Source of the DNA: Octopus vulgaris
Taxonomy: Eukaryota
NCBI GenBank assembly: GCA_951406725.2
Contig: OX597824.1
Span: forward strand, 52,142,001-52,206,000
DNA length: 64,000 nt
Direction of reading: 5' to 3'
Below the pieces are notes generated by a model, which worked only from the letters and a program-made list of their open reading frames with translations, was not told the DNA's origin and made no database searches. Position numbers and translations under genes: made by a program. Below are positions 53,059 to 64,000 of this stretch, in pieces. How positions within the stretch are numbered: position 1 is the first letter of the stretch; each line of letters opens with the position of its first letter.

Positions 53059-55088
53059 CACATATATTAGAATTTTCTCTGACTTCTCAGATTTTTTGTA
53101 TGCTGGACTACTGGTTTTAAATTGATATTAAAATTAATATTAATTTATCTCCCTCATTATTTTTATATATAACTGAATAAATCAACTGATAAGTATTCAT
53201 CGTATTCCAATTTCTTTCACTTTTCAATGACTAGCAGATTAATGACTATCTTTCCATACAGACACAACAAAGGCTACACTTTCAGGTTTTGTGGATAAAG
53301 TTTTCAGAAATAACTTAATAGGTTTACCATTAATTCCGAAAAATATTCACGCGTCCCGCTAGTATACAATATTTTGATATTATATCTTGTAAAAGATTAT
53401 TTTAATTAAACTGCTAAGACAAAACGGTTTACAATTTTGTCAAGACTATTAAATTTAAAAATTGAAACCGTCAACTTTAACGAGATTTGAACTCAGAAAC
53501 ATGGTCCTCTTAGAGATTTATGATTGATTCAATATACACCCAGGACAGTACTTGAACCGCTGTTCAACATAACTATCTTCAATGTTTACAGTTAAGCTGT
53601 GGTATGAAAGCAAACAACGTATTAAATATCCAGCTGGGTTGAGAATTTTTCCGTTCGACTTTGGCTTTCAGGTTGACATCGCGATGTCTTACAGAAGAGT
53701 TCTGACAACTTTTATGAATAGCACCCAATGAAATAAAATCTATTTTCTTCACCCGCTACCAACCCACCCTGTACGTTACGTCGGAAATTCACAAACACTG
53801 AAGAATGATTTATTGCATTTAAATGAAGTAAGTTCATTGCCAAATCGTTTAGAATATGGAATTCTGTGTCAGCAACTTCTTAAACGGTGGCGCAATGCAA
53901 AATGTTTAAAGTTACTGAGACTTTCATGGAGGCTGTTTTCAGTGAAGGATGTATTTTATTGACTGAGAGTAATAATCTATGGACAGAGATGAATATACTT
54001 CTTGTGAGAACACTTAGGTGTCTCATGCCACCAACAGATGTCTGAGTATTTCAAGTTTCTCTAAGTGCCCACTTCAACGAGTCACAAATGGTGAAGTTTA
54101 TATCCTTTGCCAGAGAAGAAAACAAAATTCTGTAGGTCAAATTATTTCTCCTGTAAACATCCTTCATTAATGTATAGCTATGATAAGCCTATCTACTATG
54201 TAAATAAGGCTGAGAACGATTTGATTCTCGTGCATTCTATTACGTATGGCCATTGTTATCAAAATGTCTTTTTACGCTTATTTTTTTTATTTCGGAAAAT
54301 AAATGTCTTCAGTCAGTGATATCTGTGAGAACACACAGCGCCTATCTGATGTTACTAGTTTCAACCAGTAGCTCAGCCTTAAGAAATATAGGGCAGCTGA
54401 GTTTATATGGCTTCATAACCAAAAGTGGTTTTGAAGATCATCATTTATTAGGGTGTGGACAGCATAGAATCGTATCAGGCACTGGATTTGTAAACAAACC
54501 CTTTGATTTACAGACACAGAAACCCATTATCAAAGAAAGAAGGTCTTATTTCTTTATTTAGCAGACATTCATCATTCATTCATAAATGTTATTCAAACAA
54601 AAATTCGGCTGGGTTATGTCTGGAAATTCTAAGAGAAGCTTTATAATATAAACAATTGACTTGATAGATAAATGGTTGCGAAATCTGAACGAACTGTTCA
54701 GACTTGTGAGGTAAAAAAGAGAAAACTCTTGTATCATATAAGTTAGAGAAGTTAAGAAAATGATGTTATTATTTCTATTATATAGAATGTAATGGTGTGG
54801 CCATTATTATACTGTAGGAGTATGACTGATGCGAACATAGTGATTTAGAAGTTTGAATTGATGTATGAGTGTCATCTTAATGTTAATAAAACGACATCTG
54901 CTAAATCAGGCGATTATTGAACACGACCGAAAGCTATTAGTTTGAGAAGATCAATTCAACTTATTTTTGCCTATGTTGAATGGTTAGGCAAAATTTTTAC
55001 AAAACGAGAGATTTTGTGAGATCTCATTTCTGTTGAGATATAACAATCTAACACACACACACACACACACACAGACACACAGACACAC

Positions 55089-55168
<80 letters not shown>

Positions 55169-55537
55169 GTGTGTAGCAGTCATTTCCTCTTTTTCTTCCT
55201 TTCTTAAACTGGTTCCTTAGCAAACCAGTCCCAAATTTTGTCTCTCCGTTCTCCATCCTTCAAAAGATTTTCGAAGTGTTACCCACTATTCTCGTCTCCC
55301 CAAGACCGTATTTTGTTCGACTGTTTGTCCTCGTCCACCGTCCTAAATCACACTCTGTGTCGTTTTGCTTGCTTTGTTTCGTTTTGTTTGCTCTTGTCCC
55401 TAATTCTACACCAATTGAGAAGCACTCAGTCTTATCGTTATAGGTATGAAACTGAACAGTACCATTAGTCGATAACTGATGAAGAATTAGGGACTTTCTG
55501 TTTGTCTCCCGTTTGTTTTTACATTCAGTATACCTTA

Positions 55538-55586
<49 letters not shown>

Positions 55587-55666
55587 CAGTGTTAGATGAA
55601 TATAGAGAGATAATAAGGAAAAAGAGATGACATAGGGAAAACAATGGTTATGTTACGAACTACATT

Positions 55667-55747
55667 AGCTTACAATTGTTTTTGCTATAGGAAGCAATGG
55701 ACTCTTGGTTGAATGCCTGCATGACACCTAATACCTTCATCAGAGCC
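55667..55747 (-). ncRNA. Decayed type I hammerhead motif
   Basis: ggct-CTGATGA-agg...-(A)AAAC-aatt-GTA-agct; palindromic stem III loop, G12 apparently mutated. Further core pieces on + at 55447-55483. Confidence 0.55.
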
Positions 55748-55894
55748 TCGAACATAAAGTGTAACTTATTTGAGGGAAAAAGAATAACTTTTTGCAATAT
55801 ACAGGGAAGGTATCACCTGTGAGAAATTCATTGGTGAGTTGTATAAAAACGTGTTATGTCCAAAAGTTTATTAAATCTACTAGTAGACATACTA

Positions 55895-56174
55895 TATATG
55901 GGAAATTACCACCTGTGTCATCTCTTGTGAAAGGTAGGAGAGTCCAGTTTGCTGGACATTGTTGTAGAGCTGAAAAAGAAGTAATTTCTACTCTTCTCCT
56001 CTGGAAGCCATCTACTCGCAACACCAGAGGGCGCACACTCTCCTACCCTGATGTAATCTCCAGGGATACAGGCATCCAGCAACAGGACCTCCGTAATGCT
56101 ATGATGGACCGTGAAGTCTGGCGCAACATGGTAAATTCCATTGTCTCGACCACGGTCGAACAATGATGATGATG
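55895..56174 (+). mobile_element. 5'-truncated RTE-type LINE 3' end
   Basis: IYGKLPPVSS..RRVQFAGHCCR..LLW..GR..M.DREVWR; (TGA)n tail; 13-bp TSD agtagacatacta at 55882-55894 and 56175-56187. Confidence 0.9.
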
Positions 56175-56645
56175 AGTAGACATACTAGCATAAAAAGTAC
56201 ATACATACGACGTACGTATGTACGTAAGTACGCATTTACACATATGTATAGGCATGCACAGAGTATAAATTATCATAAAAGCATTTTTTAAAGAATTGTT
56301 TTAGAAGTATTTTTTAAATTTAATTAAAACACCATAAGCTTAGTATCATTTTGAACTATAAAAGTTAGTGAAAAAGTAATTTAACTTTTCCTGATGCCTT
56401 GTTTCAGAAAAAAATTGAATTTTACTACTCTAAACCTATTTTGATAAAAATAAACAAGAAAAAGAAACAAGAAAATCCCTTAGCGTCAACGAAATATTTT
56501 AGTAAGCTTCAGTAGGAGAGCAAGTTAAATTTATTCGAGCAATCGTTGTACCTTACAATAATGCTCTTTCCGATACCACGAATTATACTGCTCGACCTTC
56601 TATAAATAGCAGCTATATCTACTCCAAGCGACACTGCTGAAAAAT

Positions 56646-56831
56646 GGTATACGATTTGAAGAAATTGTGGAAGACAACGTAGTTGAGTTGCTTGCGTTTC
56701 ACAGAGAAAGTTTTTCTAATGAGGAGATGATGCCGCTTGAATAAGAATCACCTGCAGGGTTAGATGACGATACAGAAGCTCCACTCAGTTCACTTATCTG
56801 CAAGGAGTATGGCTTAAGTGACGAGACATAA
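56646..56831 (+). pseudogene. pogo/Tigger transposase C-terminal relic
   Basis: FEEIVEDNVVELLAFHRESFSNEEMMPLE resembles Tigger GFxEVxExDVxELLxSHxEELSNEEL. Confidence 0.55.
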
Positions 56832-57263
56832 ACAACAAGCAATTCCTTGATCATAACCATCGCAAATGTAACAATGATTACCTTTTGGTAACTATTGTTA
56901 CATTTACTCGTAGTTTCGTAATTTCATTTCACAATTCGTGGCCGTGATTCATCTTAACTACAGATATGCTGTTTATTTCCTCTGTAATTATACCTTTATT
57001 ATTGTTCTATGCTTTTTAGGGCAAGCTAATCACATACCAGCTCCATCGAAGCTCACACAATGCTATCGTCTCTTCCCCGTTCATCACAGATACTGTATCT
57101 CATCATTCCAGGTTTCAAACAAATCTATATACACATTCCTTCTTCCTCAGAATCCCTTCACTTTTCATTCTCTTCCAACTCATATTTCATTGCAGTCATC
57201 AGCTTCAGATGAACATCAACCTCATTAAAGCCACTGCTCTGAGATGGCAGCAGCAGCAGTATC

Positions 57264-57324
<61 letters not shown>

Positions 57325-58314
57325 TGAAGGCTACATTCAATCAAGCACTTGTCTTACACCTATTTTATTTACCTGGAATGGTGAAAGGCGATGTTCTTCC
57401 CATCTGATTTTAAATTCTATCGTTTCTTGTATCTAGTGTACACAGAGTGGTATACTGGAACGATTCCGCTATCTATAACATTTCCCACAACAAATGAAGA
57501 TTCTAATTCATTTTAGCCTATAACCTTGGAAGAACATGAAAGTCAGAACTCAGTTTCGATTTGAGCTACAATCATACCGAGCAAAATTATAGCTATTCAT
57601 TTCATTGTTTGAAGCTTCTTCTAGAGAACTCAACAAAGCCTTCTACACCATCATTTATTTTGCTAGAAATAGCAGCCAAACCTCAATCAAACCTCATCCT
57701 ATCGTTTTGAAAACAAACAGATTCGGTAAAGTAGTAAAGAGAATTAACCGTTAGGAAGTTCAAAACACAATACTAATTCAATATGTGTTTGTAGGCTTCA
57801 ATGTCTTCTCCAACTGAACTCATTCTCTTGGTGTCCCATATTTATGTCTTTCAGCTTCATATTAATTCTTATTTATCACAACTGCCCGGGAATACAAATA
57901 GGTTTCGAAGTTAACCAAAGCTATTCAATGGCATACGAAAAGAAATTACTGCAACTCAAACAATATTTCATTTTCTCCGTTTGCCATGTGGAGACCGGTA
58001 TGTCAAAGAATAGACTCAACGTTTCCTGTGTTTGTTGTAAAAGACGACTCAAAGAGGTTGAGGTAGGATTTGCATCCCGCCCTCGTAAAACCTTCACCAA
58101 GTAAACTCATGGGTTGGAGGGTTATAGCCTGAATGGTACAGAGGTGTCATCCGCTAAGAGTAAGGAATCATTAACAAATGGTGTATGCAGAGATGCGCTG
58201 TTATAGCGCATGCCCCTATATGAGTACTGCAGTTGCTATTGCTGCTGTTGCTGCTCCACCTCCTACTACCACAACCACCACCACCACCACCACCATCACC
58301 ATCACTACTACTAT

Positions 58315-58379
<65 letters not shown>

Positions 58380-59208
58380 TTACTACTACTACTATTACTA
58401 CTACTACTGCTGCTGTTACTTCTACAAAGTACGAAGTTCGTGTTCTATATAAATTGGCATGTTTCGCTTCCCCCGTCACTCTTCTTTACAAAAGTGTGCG
58501 TGCATGTTTTTGTACACACACACAGACACGTGTGTGTGTGTTTGTGCGCGTATGTGTGTGTGTGTGTGCGTGTGTGTCTAGTATAAACACACACACATTA
58601 TACACACGTATACGTATACTTGCTTGAGCCTCAAGCAATGTGTACACGGTTATGTCCGTGATAAAAACATTCCAAGCAATGGAAACCCTTTTCTGAGCTA
58701 CACAACCAAAGACGATTTCCGTAGATAAATAGAACGACATCGCTGGCGGCCATCTTTGGCTGACAGGATACACTGAACTCAAAAGTAAGACGATGTACGA
58801 CATTTCCTCCTTTCAAATATAGCTGTCAATCTATTTCCTGTTTGTGCATTAAGTAGGAGGGCGGGAATTCACATGTATAGAAACATATACCTATACTTAC
58901 GTATATGAATTTACATGCATATAAACATACATAATTCTCCTCATATATATCCATAAGCCTCTCTATATGTAAGCACTATGAATGCTCTTTTTAAGCGACC
59001 ATATGTTTAAAGTATGTATATTTGTACATTTGATTAAAGAAACGTGAGCATTATTCAGTATTCAGTACTTATTTGCTTTTACACACACATACACACACAT
59101 ACAAAAATATACAAAAATAGTCAAACACATATACATACAGGCATACATATATACATATATGCAACATATATGTATGTGTGTGTGTGTGTACATACATACA
59201 TACATACA

Positions 59209-59241
<33 letters not shown>

Positions 59242-59519
59242 GTATATATAATGCATATATGCAGGCTACTCGGAAATTCGGGATTAATAAATGGTATGCC
59301 TTCTACATTTTTAGTATATATATTATATATTTTCCTTTTGTAACTGATAGAATCTTTTTCTCTATCATTCCAATATGTATTCAAAAGCAATAGAAGATAA
59401 CCGCACTGATATTGTTCTGATGGATACAAATAAGACAGTATTCGCTTTGAGAATTTGTTATTGATTGCAATACTAAGAATCTCGAAAGTCGCTCTTTCTC
59501 TCTCATATGTGCATATATG

Positions 59520-59872
59520 GGTACAGGACCACCGTCATTAGTCGAGCAAATCGACCTCAGGACTTATTCTTTGGAAGCCTAGTACTTATTCTATCGTTCT
59601 CTTTTCCCGATCCGTGGGGGTTACGGGGACATAACACACCAACATAGGTTGTCAAGCGATAGTGGGGGTCAAACACACACACACATACACACACACACAC
59701 AAACACACACGCATATACGACGGGCTTCTTTTAGTTTCCATTTCCAAATCCACTCACAAGGCTTTGGTCGGCTCGAGGCTATAGTAGAAGACACTCACCC
59801 AAGGTGCCACGACTGAACCCGAAACCATGTGGCTGGTTAGCAAACTATTTACCACACAGTCACTCCTGCATC
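59520..59872 (-). mobile_element. SINE family B
   Basis: gtcgagcaaatcgacc..agcctagtacttattctatcg..caaatccactcacaaggctttggtcggc..accacacagtcactcctgc. Confidence 0.88.
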
Positions 59873-59924
59873 CATGTATGTATGTATGTATGTATGTATG
59901 TATGTATGTATGTATGTATGTATG

Positions 59925-60006
<82 letters not shown>

Positions 60007-60229
60007 AATATTCTATAATTATAACTCATATTTCTAAATTCGGTTCGTGGCAAAGCAATTAGCTGAACCCTGGTTATAATTATGTTTGTAATTATAGAAA
60101 ATTTGTATAATTTTACCTAAAAAGGTTATTTGTACGTACCGAACTACTTTGTAACATTATTAATTATTAATTAATTAATTAATTAATTTTACCCTTTTAT
60201 TATTATATATATAATATACATATAGATAA

Positions 60230-60680
60230 TATATATAATATACATATAGATAATATATAAGTATATGTATATATACATACATATATGTACATACCTACAT
60301 ATATATGTATATATACATGCATATATGTGTACAGGAAATCAAGAGAACGTGAACAAAAGGAGAAATGAGAACATAAGAAAACATAGAAAACGAACTTTTT
60401 TTCAAACAGCGAAAGAAACAAATAGAGAAACGCAACAGGCAACATAAAGAACATTCCCTTCATCAGTTGTCCCCTGTTTTATCTACTCCGTGTTTCGAAG
60501 GTAGGGAAAATACGTGACTTCGTTAAACAGTCCTTCCCGCAAAGCAAAAAAAATGGGGTTTTTTGCGAAGAATAGAGATAGAATAAGACTGCACATCGTA
60601 ATTATTAAGACAAAACTTACTTAGAAATGGATGCATGGTGTTCGATCATATAATAATATAAATAATATATAAGTATATGC
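60230..60680 (-). mobile_element. Family R copy with internal deletion
   Basis: Homologous to 19500-19750 joined to 20090-20185; ends in a repeat of its start (ataatatataagtatatg). Confidence 0.7.
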
Positions 60681-60702
60681 ATATATATATATATATATAT
60701 AT

Positions 60703-61490
60703 AGCAAGGAAAAATTGTAAAAATGCAGAATGCTAAATTGAAAGAAAATTTTAATGAAAATGGGTGTATGGAAAAAGTTTTTGAAAAATTGATAAAATAT
60801 ATATAAATATATATTAATTCAAACCGGTTTTCGTCATAATGTGACTTTTCAAGAATTGTAAAGGAAAAAAAAATTTTTTAAAGTGAGAAAGGGGAAAAAA
60901 GAAAATTACATTGTTTTTTGCAAAAAAATAATAATAAAAATGTACAAAAATTAAAAAATAAGTACTCCGATACATTGTGAAGTCTTTGTGTATCTTGAGT
61001 TTAATGATTGTTCACGAAATAATTACCTTGAAGTATTAGGATCCAATGGAATTAAAGCCATGTGTTGTTTAGTTTAATTAAAGGTGTTGGCAAAACAGGA
61101 AGTGGTAGTAATTGTAGTTCTTCAGTTCCTGTGTTGTGAATAAGAGGAGACAACTCTATGGGTTTTGAGCTCTTCAATTTGTGTTTATCAATTTTTTGTG
61201 ATAAAGGGTGTTAATAAACCTTAAATTATAAAATTATCATTTTAGCTTCATTTGCATTATCTTTTTTATATAATTGTTTGCTAACTTAACATTCAGATTT
61301 TAACACTTTATTTATATTATTTTCTAATTATATAAATTTGCATAAACCAATTTATAATTACATTTCAGATTGTTATGTCATACATAATAAAAATGATAGT
61401 AATAATAACAACAATAATAATAATGATATTTAAAGAATATAATTAAAGAATATAATATAGCATTCAGCACTTTTACAATTTTTCCTTGCT
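60703..61490. mobile_element. AT-rich element with ~35-bp inverted ends and a hammerhead-like fold
   Basis: agcaaggaaaaattgtaaaaatgcagaatgcta / tagcattcagcacttttacaatttttccttgct. Minus strand 60816-60857 reads aattc-TTGAAAA-gtca-catta-tgac-GAAA-accggt-TT-gaatt. Confidence 0.65.
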
Positions 61491-61494
61491 TATC

Positions 61495-62168
61495 ATCTCT
61501 CCACGTGCGGTCAACACAACCCTACAATTTATTGATCTATATATATATATATACTTTTATCTTCTATTCTTTCTATATATCTTCCTCTCTTGTTCTTTTT
61601 TCTTTCTGTTTTTCTCTCTGCCAACCTTTCCCTATTCTTCTCCTCTCCCCTTCACCGTGCCCTCTCTCTCACTCTTCCTCGTTGACTCTCTCGCTGCTCA
61701 CACGGGACCAACGGCTATCCATCTTTCTTTCATCCACTTCCTTCCTAAAGACAAGACGTGCTTTTACCTGTCTCTTCTCAAAGCTCGTTTTTCCAGCGTT
61801 CACCACTTCACATCGTTTTGGCTTTACAGCCCTAACCGTTTGTTTTTACTGTTTTGTTCTCACTGTCCTATTTTTCTTACCACTTTAACCCTGCGCAAAA
61901 AATCCCAAATTGTATTTAATTTGCTTTGCGGGAAGGACTGTTTTAATGAAGTCGCGTCTTGTCCCTACCTTCGAAACACTGAGTAGATAAAACTGGGGAC
62001 AATTGATGAAGGGAATGTTCTTTATGCTGCCTGTCTCTTTTCTCTATTTGTTTCGTTGTTCGAAAAAAAGTCGTTTTCTATGTCTCTTTTTGTTCACGTT
62101 TTTTATGTCCTGTACCCATATATGCATGTATATATACATATATATACATACATATACATATATATGCT

Positions 62169-62232
<64 letters not shown>

Positions 62233-62340
62233 CATATATATGTAGGTATGTACAAATATGTATGCATAGATGCATATAATTATATGTTATTTATATTATT
62301 ATATGATCGAACGCCACGCTTCCATTTCCAATTAGGTTTT
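61495..62340 (+). mobile_element. Family R copy, opposite orientation, circularly permuted
   Basis: 61690-62120 is the reverse complement homologue of 19520-19930; 62270-62340 is the reverse complement homologue of 20130-20185. Confidence 0.7.
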
Positions 62341-62356
62341 ATACACATACATGTAT

Positions 62357-62445
<89 letters not shown>

Positions 62446-63474
62446 TGTTACAAATACATATATTCTTAAAATATCCTCGAACTCGGTGGCAGGCCATTCC
62501 CTGCATTTCGTCATGGTCAATAGTTCTCGCTGTAGATAATATATATATATATCATTAATCAAATATATTCTGTTAGAATATTATACACTGAATTTATAAT
62601 GAGTGCTCTTTGTATAAAATGTCAAAAATGTTAATACTATTATAAAGTATTTAGACATTAATACGAGCGATTACATATTTTGTATTTTGAAATAATAGCA
62701 TGAAAGATATATATGTCTAAAATAATATTGTATTGAAAATATATATAATTATATGAAACATGGCAGCTTAAAAATTTTTTGATGCATCTTACTATCATTT
62801 CACGAACGTATTGTCATTATAATGGAATCCATTGTTGATACACATTGATAGACAATACTTCCGCTCGTCAGAGATGGAGAAGATAAAATTGTTATAATAT
62901 ATCGAATTTTTCTTTAAAATTAGAAAATATATGAGAAAATATATTTGAAAATAGATTAAAATTTACTGGTTTAGATTTATGCAGATAGACTTTGGTAAGA
63001 AAATTTCGAGTTTATATATATCCTTGTTAAATTCATCTTGGTAATCCATGACAATTTTGTGTAAAGAGTACCTTATCCTACATTCCATATTTGAGATGCT
63101 GAAGGTTAATTTTGGTGGTCAAAAGAATTAACTTTTTATTTATGTAAATGGAAGATACCAATTTAAATTTTAAATTATATTTTTTTTAATTACAACTGTA
63201 AAGGTCTATTTATTGAAGGTTAAATGCGTACAGGTTCAAATTCTAAGACAACCAATTTATCAATCGTTTAATGTATAATATATGTCGTGTACATATGTTT
63301 ATAAGCTAAAATATTTTAATTACTTTATCTACCAATCTATTTATAATTATTTCCTTATTTTGATATCGTTACTATAAACGATAAATAATAGACACTAAGG
63401 TAAATCTTTATTGCATCTTTTATAATATTTAATTTTTTTGATATTGAATTTCATGCTATTATTTCAAAATACAG

Positions 63475-63535
<61 letters not shown>

Positions 63536-63689
63536 CTCATTTGTTTTCGTATTTCATGTTGTTTACTGTTGGTGACGTCCTGTACTTATATATGCATGTG
63601 TATATTTGTATGTATGTATATATATACACACATATATAAGCGTCTGAAAACGCCCACTGAACAGGTCTCCAGTCAGTTGCACCGTCATC

Positions 63690-64000
63690 CATTTTTTTTA
63701 TTGTTGGGGACAGTTCGATTACACTGGCTCCAGTATTTGACTGCTATTTTATTTTATCGATGCCAAAGGGATGAAAGGTAAGATCGACCTCCGCGAAATT
63801 TGAACTTACAACATAAAGCGCCAGAAGAAATAACGCTAAATGCTTTTGACATACATATAGACGTATTGACTGTATATGTATGAATTTATACATTTATCCA
63901 CTCGCGATAGTAAGTGCAACGCCTTAACCACTAGCCCATTAATAAAAATCCTTTCTACTATAGGTACAAGGTCTGAAATTTGAGGGAGAGAGACAGTCGA
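63690..64000 (-). mobile_element. SINE family A copies (63690-63850; tail at 63945 runs off the window)
   Basis: gggatgaaaggtaagatcgacctccgcgaaatttgaact; tttctactataggtacaaggtctgaaattt. Confidence 0.75.

Noticed and set aside
53229-53363. Possible Helitron/HINE-like element (actagcag...ccgctagt)
   Set aside because: Only an 8-bp inverted match and a CTAG end; no second copy in the window.

Overview
AT-rich, microsatellite-dense eukaryotic DNA with no recognisable host gene. The SINE and microsatellite make-up suggests an octopus (cephalopod) genome; this is inference, not a database result. Nearly all short ORFs in the track are microsatellite or antisense artefacts. The window is a layered transposon graveyard: a Tx1/L1-type LINE with an intact 1143-aa ORF2, a 5'-truncated CR1-group LINE, a nest of R4/Dong-type RLE retroelements in (TAA)n arrays, RTE, CRE and Tigger fragments, three mariner and three Tc1 relics, and two abundant tRNA-like SINE families. 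Highlights: (1) a full-length ORF1-only 'half-LINE' (HAL1-like) related to the Tx1 element, nested in a mariner with a 10-bp TSD; (2) several families of non-coding fold-back or circularly permuted elements carrying hammerhead-ribozyme motifs (Penelope-derived/retrozyme-like); (3) a 556-bp non-coding retroposon found in (TAA)n arrays; (4) SINE/LINE 3'-tail partnerships; (5) a twin-priming-type 5' inversion in an RLE element; (6) locally templated inverted copies at (TA)n tracts. Coordinates were read by eye and may be off by a few bases.
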